Below, in pieces: positions 34,276-43,865 of a stretch of DNA of 64,000 bases. Source of the stretch: Gammaproteobacteria bacterium (lineage in GTDB: Bacteria; Pseudomonadota; Gammaproteobacteria; Pseudomonadales; IMCC2047); the NCBI GenBank assembly GCA_021773395.1, contig JAJFKB010000003.1, positions 139,574 through 203,573 on the forward strand, in the 5' to 3' direction. The notes beneath the pieces are model-generated. The model was given only the letters and a program-made list of their open reading frames with translations, ran no database searches and was not told where the DNA came from. How positions within the stretch are numbered: position 1 is the stretch's first letter; each line of letters opens with the position of its first letter. The position numbers and the translations under genes were made by a program.

Positions 34276-35643
34276 TTAAAACACCTGCCCCGGCAACCAG
34301 GTTACCAGTTGCGGCCAATACGATATCAACGCCAACATGATCAGCTGAATGACAATAAAGGGGATCACGCCGCGATAGATCTGGCTGGTGGCAACGGATT
34401 CGGGGGCGACGCCTCTCAGGTAGAACAGTGCGAAGCCAAAGGGTGGTGTCAGGAAGGAGGTTTGCAGGTTGATGGCGATCATAATCCCGAGCCAAACCGG
34501 GTCGAGACCCATGGTGAGCAGTATCGGTGCGACGATCGGTACCACCACAAAGGTGATCTCGATAAAATCGAGGAAGAAACCCAGGAAAAACATCACCAGC
34601 ATTACCAGGATCATGGCTGCCATCACGCCGCCGGGCAGGTTGCCGAGAAATTCACGGACCAGATCATCGCCGCCGAACCCCCGGAACACCAGTGAAAATA
34701 CGGCGGCACCAATTAAAATCAAAAACACCATACTGCTGACTTGCGTGGTGGCGCGCATTACGTCCCGTAACATTTGCAGTGTAAAACTGCCTTTGCTGAT
34801 GGCCAGTAATATTGCACCCATAGCGCCAACTGAGGCCGCTTCAGTGGGTGTGGCCAGTCCGGCCAGGATAGAGCCCAGTACCATTGATACCAGCAGCAGT
34901 GGCGGTGCCAGTGCTTTGGCAATCTGTAGTGCTGAGGTGTTACCCAGTTCTTCCTCTGGGTGAGCGGGTGCCGCAGTTGGTTTAAAAACGGCGACCAGTG
35001 ACACGTAGAGAATATAGAGACACACCAGTAGCAGACCCGGAATCAGCGCGCCCATAAACAGATCGCCGACGGATACAGTTTCCGGCGAGAAGACACCCAT
35101 TTCGAGTTGTGCTTCCTGATAGGCAGAGGACATGACGTCGCCGAGCAGTACCAGTACGATCGAAGGTGGAATAATCTGCCCGAGGGTGCCTGCCGCACAG
35201 ATAGTACCCGTGGCAAGCGGGACGTCATAACCGCGCTTTAGCATGGTCGGCAGCGACAGCAGGCCCATGGTCACCACCGTTGCGCCAACGATACCGGTAC
35301 TGGCCGCCATCAGCATGCCGACCAGAGTGACGGAAATGCCCAGCCCGCCGCGCAGTTTACCGAACAATGAGGACATGGTATCCAGCAGTTCTTCAGCGAC
35401 GTTGGATTTTTCCAGCATCACACCCATAAAAACAAACAGCGGCACGGCGACCAGTACTTCGTTGGTCATAATGCTATAGATTCGATTGGGTACCGCTTCA
35501 AGGAATACCAGGTCGAAGGAGCCGGTGACAAAACCGATCAGTGCAAATAGCAGTCCGGTGCCTGCCAGTGAGAAAGCCACTGGGTAACCAGCGATCAGCA
35601 CCAGAATGGCAACGATAAACAGCGCGAGAGACATGAACTCCAT
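34276..35643 (-). CDS. TRAP transporter large permease (DctM)
   Basis: 455 aa polytopic protein typical of DctM, overlapping the dctQ stop. Confidence 0.9.
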   Translation of the reverse strand: MEFMSLALFIVAILVLIAGYPVAFSLAGTGLLFALIGFVTGSFDLVFLEAVPNRIYSIMTNEVLVAVPLFVFMGVMLEKSNVAEELLDTMSSLFGKLRGGLGISVTLVGMLMAASTGIVGATVVTMGLLSLPTMLKRGYDVPLATGTICAAGTLGQIIPPSIVLVLLGDVMSSAYQEAQLEMGVFSPETVSVGDLFMGALIPGLLLVCLYILYVSLVAVFKPTAAPAHPEEELGNTSALQIAKALAPPLLLVSMVLGSILAGLATPTEAASVGAMGAILLAISKGSFTLQMLRDVMRATTQVSSMVFLILIGAAVFSLVFRGFGGDDLVREFLGNLPGGVMAAMILVMLVMFFLGFFLDFIEITFVVVPIVAPILLTMGLDPVWLGIMIAINLQTSFLTPPFGFALFYLRGVAPESVATSQIYRGVIPFIVIQLIMLALISYWPQLVTWLPGQVF

Positions 35644-36200
35644 TAACGTGTGTCTACCGATGCTGAGTTGACCTGGTTTTTAGGCCCAGTGATGATTAAC
35701 AGGCTTTTAGTCGCCTGGGCAAGGCCCTGCAGCAGCAGGGTAGCAGGCATAAGCAGCAGCAGCGTCTTCAGGATGTAGATCGCATCAAGCCCTCCGGCCT
35801 CGCGTGATCCTTCGTGGTAGGACCACGCGCTGGCCACGTACTGCCAGGAGATGCTAAAAATAAAAAGGCAAAAGGGAATCAATAGCAGCAGCGTGCCCAA
35901 AAGATCAACCCAGGCCTTTTTTCTGACGGACATGGGGCGATAGAAGATATCGACTCGAACATGACCTTCATGACTGAGTGTATAGGCGGCGCCCATCAAA
36001 AATATCAGGCTATGCAGATAAAGCAGCGATTCCTGCATCGCGATCGAGCCGATATTGAACAGGTAACGCAGAACCACTATTACAAAAGTAACCAGCACCA
36101 ATGCCAGCGTTAACCAGGAAATGCTCCGCCCAAGCAATTCGCTGAACCTGTCGACACCGTTAATGAAGGACTGCATGAAGGCTTGCCGGGCTTGCTGCAT
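35643..36200 (-). CDS. TRAP transporter small permease (DctQ)
   Basis: 185 aa protein with about four transmembrane segments, immediately upstream of dctM. Confidence 0.85.
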   Translation of the reverse strand: MQQARQAFMQSFINGVDRFSELLGRSISWLTLALVLVTFVIVVLRYLFNIGSIAMQESLLYLHSLIFLMGAAYTLSHEGHVRVDIFYRPMSVRKKAWVDLLGTLLLLIPFCLFIFSISWQYVASAWSYHEGSREAGGLDAIYILKTLLLLMPATLLLQGLAQATKSLLIITGPKNQVNSASVDTR

Positions 36201-36201
36201 T

Positions 36202-36594
36202 TCAGTCTTGCTTGATAATCTGCGCGCAGCCTTGTTTATCTACCGATACGACGACAAATTGCGAGTCAGTTACCTTATGGCTATCTGTTTCGTCATATTT
36301 ATGCGCCCAGACTTCTACCTGTATTTTTAGAGAGGTGCGGCCGATTTCGGTAATTTTTGCGTAAATATCAATAACCGACCCGACTTTAACAGGTGATACA
36401 AAATCCATTTGTTCGATATCGACCGTTACAACGCGGCTGCGCGTAGCTTTTTCACCAATAATTGCAGCAGCCAGATCCATTTGCGATACAATCCATCCGG
36501 CGGATATGTTGCCATGGGCGTTGGTGTCTTTGGGCAATGCGTAAGTGCTTAGGGCAAGCTCACCGGATGGTGAGGGGTTATCGTCTATTTCCAT
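36202..36594 (-). CDS. Acyl-CoA thioesterase, hotdog fold (YciA-like)
   Basis: Contains a PKDTNAHGNISAGWIVSQMD motif typical of YciA/Acot-type thioesterases. Its stop is adjacent to the dctQ start, placing both in one operon. Confidence 0.75.
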   Translation of the reverse strand: MEIDDNPSPSGELALSTYALPKDTNAHGNISAGWIVSQMDLAAAIIGEKATRSRVVTVDIEQMDFVSPVKVGSVIDIYAKITEIGRTSLKIQVEVWAHKYDETDSHKVTDSQFVVVSVDKQGCAQIIKQD

Positions 36595-36721
36595 GTTCCT
36601 GTTCTTATGTTGATCAATCGCTTGAAAGTCTGGCTGATTATAGGTTTATGCAGGTAAAAAAGAAAACACTAGAGCATTATAATGCGCTTTAACAAAACAA
36701 ATTTAATCCGGTATAGAGAGG

Positions 36722-37369
36722 ATGAGCAATAAATCATTGGTTAGCAGGCGCTGGTTGCTGAGTCATCGCTACTGGATATTTGACCTGGATGGCACCCTCA
36801 CCCAGCCCCAGCATGATTTCCAAGCGATCAAAAAGGCATTGGGGATCCCGCTTGATGCTGATATTCTGAATTACCTGGGTGGCTTGCCTAGTTGGCAGGC
36901 AAAGCAAAAGTATGTATTACTGGATCAGATTGAGTATGGTCTAGCGGGACAGGCTCAAGCGGCACCGGGTGCTAAGGCATTACTGGATTCGCTCGCGAGT
37001 GAAGGCGTCGAGATGGCGATACTGACACGTAACTCCAAGGCGAATGCGCATCTTGTATTAGAGGTGCTGGGGTTAAGCCATTATTTTAAAAGCAGCCACG
37101 TTCTGGGGCGAGAGCAGGCAAAGCCCAAGCCTAATCCAGAGGGCGTGGAATGGCTTTTGAAGCGATGGCAAGCGGAGACTGTTCAAGCGCTTATGGTAGG
37201 TGACTACCTCTATGACTTGCTTTGTGCCAAAAATGCGGGTGTTGCAGCGGTGCATGTCGACAGCGGAGGGGTTTTCCGCTGGCCGGAAAAAATGGATCTG
37301 GGAGTGAAAGATTTGAAACAGTTACTGGAGTTATTCAGAGGTTCCCTGGCAAAATCTAAGCTCGTGTAG
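36722..37369 (+). CDS. HAD-superfamily hydrolase (phosphatase-like)
   Basis: Motif I is FDLDGTLT, and the later motifs are LTRNS and GDYLYDL. The substrate is unknown. Confidence 0.75.
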   Translation: MSNKSLVSRRWLLSHRYWIFDLDGTLTQPQHDFQAIKKALGIPLDADILNYLGGLPSWQAKQKYVLLDQIEYGLAGQAQAAPGAKALLDSLASEGVEMAILTRNSKANAHLVLEVLGLSHYFKSSHVLGREQAKPKPNPEGVEWLLKRWQAETVQALMVGDYLYDLLCAKNAGVAAVHVDSGGVFRWPEKMDLGVKDLKQLLELFRGSLAKSKLV

Positions 37370-37421
37370 CTAGGCAGATAGGCAAAGGCAATTAACCAAT
37401 AACAAAGATCAAGGGGCGGCC

Positions 37422-38723
37422 ATGCAGCAGACAGAAATTATACGAACCATTAATCAGGAAAAGATGAAGCCGATGCAGTTCGCGGTGATTCTGGTCTGCT
37501 GGCTAATCAATATGCTGGATGGTTTCGATGTGCTGGCGATTGCCTATACCGCTCCGACCATCAGCAAAGAGCTACTGTTATCGCCGCAACAACTGGGGAT
37601 GGTGCTAAGTGCAGGGCTGGTCGGTATGGCAATCGGGGCTGTCAGTATTGCGCCACTGGCGGATCGTTTTGGCCGAAAAAAGGTGATTCTCTGGTGTCTG
37701 GCAGTTATTGGTAGTGCTATGTTGATGACGGCTTTTGTTAAGACAGTTACGCCGCTGGTTGTGGTGCGTATTGTGACCGGGCTGGGTGTGGGCGGATTGT
37801 TGGCGAGCCTCAATACCATGGTGGCCGAATACGCTTCAGATCGACGCAGACATTTTGCGATCAGCTTTTTACAAAGTGGTTATCCCATTGGAGCCCTTGT
37901 TGGAGGGTTGATTGCCGCGCCCCTGATCCCCGCCTATGGCTGGCAGGTGGTTTTTCTGGGGGGAGGTTTGGCGACGCTGGTAATGGTGATTGTCGTGCTG
38001 CTGCTACTGCCAGAATCGCTGCATTTTTTGCTTGAGAATCGGCCTAAAAATGCGTTGCAACAGGTGAATCGAATACTTAAAAAACTTGGACACCAGGCGC
38101 TGCAAGTAATGCCAGAAGCTAGTGGCTCGCGAGTCCAGGCGGGTGTGACCAAAGTGTTCTCAGCAGAACTGAAGAGCTCCACACTGCTGTTATGGATCAG
38201 TTTTTTCATGAGTATGTTGACGCTTTACTTTTTGTTGCTATGGACACCACAAATTATTGTAAATGCGGGATTACCTCAGGATCAGGCAATTCGTGTTGGA
38301 GCAACGCTTAACGGTGGCGGTTTAGTCGGTATGCTGTTGCTGGGTTATTTGTCGGAGCGGTTTGGTCTGTATCGTCTGATTATGCTTTTTTTCTTGATGG
38401 GCGCGCTAAGTATGGTGGCGTTTGCGCTGATCGACGCCTCTGTTGCCATGCTTTTGTTTTTGGCGTTCTGTTTAGGATTTTTCGCGATCGGTGGGATGAT
38501 CGGGTTGTATTCCGCAGCGGCCGGTATTTATCCCACAGCATTGCGTAATACAGGACTTGGCTGGGGTATCGGTATTGGCCGCCTGGGGGCCATTCTCGGT
38601 CCTAATGTAGCGGGGGTGTTAATCGGTATTGGCTGGGAGCAGGCCGATTATTTCCTGGTGCTGGCACTGCCACTGGTGTTTGCTATGGTTTCTACCTATT
38701 GGCTGCAACGATGCCAACAATAA
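37422..38723 (+). CDS. MFS transporter, aromatic acid:H+ symporter (AAHS/PcaK-like) family
   Basis: 12-TM MFS protein containing the LADRFGRKKV motif. The N-terminal region (INMLDGFDVLAIAYTAP) resembles AAHS members. Confidence 0.75.
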   Translation: MQQTEIIRTINQEKMKPMQFAVILVCWLINMLDGFDVLAIAYTAPTISKELLLSPQQLGMVLSAGLVGMAIGAVSIAPLADRFGRKKVILWCLAVIGSAMLMTAFVKTVTPLVVVRIVTGLGVGGLLASLNTMVAEYASDRRRHFAISFLQSGYPIGALVGGLIAAPLIPAYGWQVVFLGGGLATLVMVIVVLLLLPESLHFLLENRPKNALQQVNRILKKLGHQALQVMPEASGSRVQAGVTKVFSAELKSSTLLLWISFFMSMLTLYFLLLWTPQIIVNAGLPQDQAIRVGATLNGGGLVGMLLLGYLSERFGLYRLIMLFFLMGALSMVAFALIDASVAMLLFLAFCLGFFAIGGMIGLYSAAAGIYPTALRNTGLGWGIGIGRLGAILGPNVAGVLIGIGWEQADYFLVLALPLVFAMVSTYWLQRCQQ

Positions 38724-39060
38724 TGGATGGTTTTGATGTTAACCTGCTCAAGTTACCTGAAACCGCTATCGGTCAGCAGGCTGATATTGGGTTGCAAGCC
38801 CTAACTATTCAATGGCATTGGTGGTCGATTTTCGTTTAAAATAGCGCCTTTTTAAGGTAGGGGTACTCCCCTTTCTAATTCACCATTGAGAATTGGCAAT
38901 AGATAATAGACGGCTACATTCTTAATTGATGAATTTTGGTGATTAATAAATTAGTTTGCCGCGTCTTGGTAAAGATGCTTTTCCTATTCAGCCAGGTGGA
39001 TTGAAAGTTAATCGACTGATACTGCCAAGGCGCCCTTTGTCATATTTCCAGGAGTAAAAG

Positions 39061-40320
39061 ATGTTTAAAGCTGTTGACAACATTGCTGACTTTGATCCAG
39101 ATTTATCCGCTGCTATACAAGATGAAGTGATCCGTCAGGAAGAGCATATCGAACTGATCGCGTCTGAAAATTATGCCAGCCCGAGGGTGTTGGAGGCGCA
39201 GGGCACGGTATTAACCAACAAGTATGCTGAGGGTTATCCCGGAAAGCGCTACTACGGCGGTTGCGAATATGTGGATACAGCAGAGCAGCTGGCGATTGAT
39301 CGCGCCAAACAGCTTTTTGGCGCTGATTATGCGAATGTTCAACCACATTCGGGTTCGCAGGCAAATGCGGAAGTTTATATGGCATTGTTGCAGCCACACG
39401 ACACGGTGCTCGGTATGAGCCTGGCGGATGGTGGACACCTGACGCACGGCGCAAAAGTAAATTTCTCCGGTAAAATTTATAATTCGGTTCAGTATGGCTT
39501 GAACGAAGAAACCGGCGAAATTGATTATGATCAGGTTGAGACGCTGGCTAAAGAACATAAACCAAAAATGATTATAGCTGGGTTTTCTGCCTACTCTCAA
39601 ATAGTCGATTGGCAGAGGTTTCGCGATATTGCCGATGCTGTCGGGGCCTATTTTGTGGTTGATATGGCGCATGTAGCGGGTCTTGTTGCGGCAGGGCTTT
39701 ACCCAAACCCAATCGCCATCGCTGACGTGGTAACCACCACCACGCATAAAACACTGCGCGGGCCACGCGGAGGTTTAATTCTGGCGCGCGCCAATCCTGA
39801 GCTTGAGAAAAAGCTCAATTCCTCGGTATTTCCAGGTCAACAGGGTGGCCCGTTGATGCATGTTATAGCGGCCAAAGCCGTTGCCTTTAAGGAAGCACTG
39901 GAGCCTGAATTTAAAACGTATCAGGCGCAAGTCGTGAAGAATGCCAAAGTCATGGCGGGGATATTTATTGAGCGTGGTTATAAGATTGTTTCTGGTGGTA
40001 CGGAAAACCATCTGATGCTGGTTGACTTGATCGATAAGGGCATCACTGGCAAACAAGCCGATGCGGCTTTGGGTAGTGCGAATATTACGGTCAATAAAAA
40101 TGCGGTACCCAAAGATCCTCAATCACCTTTTGTCACCAGCGGTTTGCGGGTAGGCACGCCGGCGATTACTACGCGCGGTTTTAAGGAAGAAGAGGTTGAG
40201 AAGTTGACGGGTTGGATGTGCGACGTATTGGATGACATTGAAAATCCGGAAATTATTGAAAGAGTTCGCAAACAGGTTTTGGCGCTATGTTGTGATTTTC
40301 CGGTTTACGAAAAAAAATAA
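39061..40320 (+). CDS. glyA: Serine hydroxymethyltransferase
   Basis: Contains the PLP-lysine motif [14 protein letters not shown] in a 419 aa protein. Confidence 0.96.
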   Translation: MFKAVDNIADFDPDLSAAIQDEVIRQEEHIELIASENYASPRVLEAQGTVLTNKYAEGYPGKRYYGGCEYVDTAEQLAIDRAKQLFGADYANVQPHSGSQANAEVYMALLQPHDTVLGMSLADGGHLTHGAKVNFSGKIYNSVQYGLNEETGEIDYDQVETLAKEHKPKMIIAGFSAYSQIVDWQRFRDIADAVGAYFVVDMAHVAGLVAAGLYPNPIAIADVVTTTTHKTLRGPRGGLILARANPELEKKLNSSVFPGQQGGPLMHVIAAKAVAFKEALEPEFKTYQAQVVKNAKVMAGIFIERGYKIVSGGTENHLMLVDLIDKGITGKQADAALGSANITVNKNAVPKDPQSPFVTSGLRVGTPAITTRGFKEEEVEKLTGWMCDVLDDIENPEIIERVRKQVLALCCDFPVYEKK

Positions 40321-40432
40321 ACGGCCCTATAGTCATTTCTGTGCGGGATATAGTTATTATCAATAATCCCGCAATCAATGGGTGAAATGGCAGTAACAAC
40401 TTTAGTGGCTCAAATCTGATAGAGGCAAGCTA

Positions 40433-41767
40433 ATGGAAGCGGCGCAGAATCTGGTGGGTCAAATCAATCATCTGCTCTGGGGCGCGCCGCTGATCGCATT
40501 GCTCCTGGGGACAGGTATTTATCTGACCTTGGGTTTGGCGTTGATGCCCATTCGAAGGCTGGGCTATGGTTTTCGAATGCTATGGCAGGGCCGTCACAGC
40601 TCGGAAGCAGGCCAGATTTCTCCCTTTAATGCGCTCATGACAGCGCTCTCCTCCACCATCGGTACCGGAAATATCGCAGGCGTTGCGACAGCAATAGCCA
40701 TTGGTGGTCCGGGTGCCCTGTTCTGGATGTGGTGTACCGCACTGGTGGGTATGTCGACCAAGTATGCGGAAGCGGTGTTAGCGGTCAAATTTCGTGAAGT
40801 CGATGAAAGGGGTCAGTATGTGGGCGGGCCCATGTACTATATCAAAAATGGCTTATCTGCAAAGTGGAAATGGCTGGGTACAGCCTTTGCCATATTTGGT
40901 GCGCTGGCCGGTTTTGGCCTGGCCAATACCGTACAGTCAAATTCTGTTGCCAATGTGCTCAATGACACCTTTAGTATACCGGTAGAGCTCACTGCAGTGG
41001 TGATTACCATTCTGGTTGCTGCAGTTATATTGGGTGGCATTGAGCGTATAGCGCAGGTCGCCGGAAAGCTGGTTCCCTTTATGGCCATCTCCTATATTAC
41101 GGCTGGCTTACTGGTGTTGGCGACCCATCTACCGCAAATTCCCGGTGCAATATTGCTGATCGTTGACAGCGCCTTCAGCGGACATGCTGCAACAGGCGGG
41201 TTTAGCGGCGCTGCCATAGCGCTGGCCATTCGCCAGGGTGTGGCTCGTGGAATTTTCTCCAACGAAGCCGGGTTGGGTAGCGCGCCCATCGCGCATGCCG
41301 CAGCGAAAACCAATGACCCTGTGCGCCAGGGTGTGATTGCCATGCTGGGGACTTTTATAGATACCATTTGTGTCTGCACCATCACTGGCCTTGCCATCGT
41401 TGTGACCGGTGTCTGGAGTAGCGGTATCAACGGTGCACCTTTAACCTCAATGGCTTTCGGTCTAGGTATTCCAGGCGGAGAATATCTGGTCAGCTGTGGC
41501 CTGGCGATATTTGCCTTTACCACTATGCTGGGCTGGTGTGTCTATGGCGAGCGCTGTGCGGAGTTTCTATTTGGTGTCAAAGCCATTCTGCCATTTCGTA
41601 TTCTTTGGATTACCGCGATACCGCTAGGGGCTATCGCACAGCTGGATCTCGTATGGGCGCTGGCCGATATGCTCAATGCGCTGATGGCAATTCCAAATTT
41701 GATCGCCTTAATACTGCTCAGCCCGCTGGTATTCAGGTTGACGAAAGAATATTTTGGAAGAAACTAA
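40433..41767 (+). CDS. Alanine/glycine:cation symporter (AGCS family)
   Basis: 444 aa protein with AGCS signatures (SPFNALMTALSSTIGTGNIAGVATAI, FSNEAGLGSAPIAHAAA). Confidence 0.88.
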   Translation: MEAAQNLVGQINHLLWGAPLIALLLGTGIYLTLGLALMPIRRLGYGFRMLWQGRHSSEAGQISPFNALMTALSSTIGTGNIAGVATAIAIGGPGALFWMWCTALVGMSTKYAEAVLAVKFREVDERGQYVGGPMYYIKNGLSAKWKWLGTAFAIFGALAGFGLANTVQSNSVANVLNDTFSIPVELTAVVITILVAAVILGGIERIAQVAGKLVPFMAISYITAGLLVLATHLPQIPGAILLIVDSAFSGHAATGGFSGAAIALAIRQGVARGIFSNEAGLGSAPIAHAAAKTNDPVRQGVIAMLGTFIDTICVCTITGLAIVVTGVWSSGINGAPLTSMAFGLGIPGGEYLVSCGLAIFAFTTMLGWCVYGERCAEFLFGVKAILPFRILWITAIPLGAIAQLDLVWALADMLNALMAIPNLIALILLSPLVFRLTKEYFGRN

Positions 41768-41794
41768 CTGGCACTAGAGGATGTTATAAAAGAG

Positions 41795-42052
41795 CTAGTC
41801 GTTTAGCTCGAAATCAAAGCGAATAGCAATTTGTTGCTCGATAGTGCCATTTATTTCATCCAGCTTAAGCTCCATGTTTTGGTTCAGCCGTTGAGCGCGT
41901 TGTTCGGCCAGCTGTTTATCCTGTGCCAGCTCTTTGGTATTGCCATTATTATTCTCTGCCATAGTCTGATCGTTGCTATTAATAAGATCTTCAGCGATTG
42001 CAGGGCTGATAGTCAGACATCCAGTAATTGTAATTACAGCAAGTGATTTCAT
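41795..42052 (-). CDS. Small secreted, Gln/Glu/Asn-rich, probably helical protein of unknown function
   Basis: 85 aa protein with an N-terminal signal sequence that could be cleaved at AIA|ED or used as a short lipobox ITG|C. The remainder is a charged, low-complexity helical sequence. Confidence 0.5.
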   Translation of the reverse strand: MKSLAVITITGCLTISPAIAEDLINSNDQTMAENNNGNTKELAQDKQLAEQRAQRLNQNMELKLDEINGTIEQQIAIRFDFELND

Positions 42053-42344
42053 AATCTTTGCTCCTTTTTGGTGGGCCTAATAGGTGACTAATCAAGCCAA
42101 CTATTTTGGCTGCGCTTACTATATATAGGAGTAAAAAACAATATATTCAAACAACAAAATGCAAAAAATATTTTAAGTAATTGCTTGCCCGGGACTTCTT
42201 GCTCTCATAGGGGTGTGATTTTTGGCAAAGGTATATGGGTGGCTATACGGTAGGTTTGTGTCTGTATTTTACCGTTGAATTAAGGTGCAGCAGCTCTGTC
42301 AGGAGTATATGAGGCTTACCTGAAAGGCTATCTTTGTAAGGCAA

Positions 42345-42863
42345 TCAGCTTGGAGAATTAAGGCGGGAAACCAACAGTTCTGCCACTGATTGTGCGGCAA
42401 GCGCATCACAATCGATGACCAGATCGGCATATTTTTTATACAGCTTTGAGCGTTCGTCGAAGAGATCAGAAAAGCTCTGGTTAGGATGTCGGGCAATGCC
42501 TCGGGTTTCGTAATTGTGGATGCGTCGAGTGAGTTCGCGCAGGGGCACATCCAGAAAAACAATATACCCGTACTGTTTTAGGTGAGACATGCCTGCTTCG
42601 CTATACACGGCACTGCCGCCTGTGGCCACGACCTTACTGCGGGGATCGGTCTTCTGCAATACCTGTTCTTCAATATGTCTTAATTTCAGGTAATTTGAGG
42701 TATCCATGATTTGTTGTAATGTTTTGCCCTCTTGTACCTGAATAGCGACATCGGTATCCAAAAAATCCAGTCCCAGCTCCTTCGCCAGCAGCAGACCAAT
42801 AGTGCTTTTTCCCGCTCCGGGCATGCCGACTAAAACGATGCTGTTGTGCTTTATAATGGGCAT
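42345..42863 (-). CDS. Shikimate kinase family protein (AroK/AroL paralogue-like)
   Basis: Contains P-loop GMPGAGKST, the DTD motif and ATGGSAV in 172 aa. It starts 8 bp after the LysR stop. Confidence 0.75.
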   Translation of the reverse strand: MPIIKHNSIVLVGMPGAGKSTIGLLLAKELGLDFLDTDVAIQVQEGKTLQQIMDTSNYLKLRHIEEQVLQKTDPRSKVVATGGSAVYSEAGMSHLKQYGYIVFLDVPLRELTRRIHNYETRGIARHPNQSFSDLFDERSKLYKKYADLVIDCDALAAQSVAELLVSRLNSPS

Positions 42864-42871
42864 ACAATCCT

Positions 42872-43732
42872 TTAGCTCAGACTGGTTTTCACAAATTCCA
42901 CCAGGCGCGTGATAGCATCATTGGTGTCCTTGTTCTGATAGTTAAGGCTAACACCTATTTTGCCCAGTTTGGGAAATTTTTCGGATGGTTTGATAATCTG
43001 CAAATTATCAGGAACTGTGCTTTTAGCGAGTACCGTAACGCCCAAGCCCTCTTCAATGGCAGCTTGAATTCCCGTTAAATCAGGGATCGTATAGACAATA
43101 CGCCAAGATTGGCCTGCATTGTCGAGTGCCTGAACACCACGATTTCGGTAGATACAGCCCTCCGGTGCGGCAATCAAGGGTACAACCGGCTGCAGGTGGG
43201 CCTGGTGGTCGGTGCTGGTGACCCATACCAGTTCCTCAACTTTGACCCGATCAGTGCGGCTGGCGTTGGGGTCGTCGTGCAGGGCGAGTATCAGGTCGAA
43301 AGGTCTTTCTGGCTTGTCGCGCAACAGGTTTTTACTTAAGTCACAGGTTACTTCCAGTGTCACACTGGGGTAAGACTGAGCAAAACGTCCCACTATTTTA
43401 GGTAGCAGCGCGGTGGCGAATTCGCTGGGAATGCCAAAGTGAATGCGCCCACTGACCACTGGCTTGATAAATTGCGCCAGGGCTTCATCGTTTAACGCGA
43501 GAATTCGCTTTGCATAGTCAAAAAGTACCCTGCCCGCCTGGGTTAGATCCAGTTGTTGTCCGGAGCGTTTTAGCAGCGGTGACCCTATTATCTCTTCCAG
43601 CCGTTTTATTTGCAGGCTGATGGCCGGCTGTGACCTGCCCAATAATTCTCCTGCCTGAGTAAAGCCTCTTAATTCGGCAACGGTGACGAAAGAACGCAAG
43701 ACATCCATTGGTAAATTTTTGAGTACGCTCAT
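42872..43732 (-). CDS. LysR-family transcriptional regulator, divergent from gcvT
   Basis: An N-terminal winged helix-turn-helix (FTQAGELLGRSQPAISLQIKRLEE) is followed by a LysR substrate domain. It does not look like GcvA at the N-terminus. Confidence 0.88.
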   Translation of the reverse strand: MSVLKNLPMDVLRSFVTVAELRGFTQAGELLGRSQPAISLQIKRLEEIIGSPLLKRSGQQLDLTQAGRVLFDYAKRILALNDEALAQFIKPVVSGRIHFGIPSEFATALLPKIVGRFAQSYPSVTLEVTCDLSKNLLRDKPERPFDLILALHDDPNASRTDRVKVEELVWVTSTDHQAHLQPVVPLIAAPEGCIYRNRGVQALDNAGQSWRIVYTIPDLTGIQAAIEEGLGVTVLAKSTVPDNLQIIKPSEKFPKLGKIGVSLNYQNKDTNDAITRLVEFVKTSLS

Positions 43733-43865
43733 AGCATTTATATTATAAATGAGTATATTTTTATTATTAATTTAACAAATTTATGTTAAGCCTATAGGAT
43801 AACCCTGTTTTGCGTCAAGTACGGGAGACGCGAGTGCCCAAATAATCCAGTCGATGGGATGAAAT

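Noticed and set aside
33916-34963. Plus-strand ORFs 33916..34155, 33941..34246, 34309..34695 and 34469..34963, plus minus-strand ORF 34076..34495.
   Set aside because: They are shadows of the small secreted-protein gene and of dctM. Their composition is typical of antisense reads through GC-rich or membrane-protein coding sequence.
43733-43865. Possible glycine riboswitch in the gcvT leader.
   Set aside because: The conserved aptamer blocks are not visible. Only a vague GGGAGACGCGAG string is present, which is insufficient.
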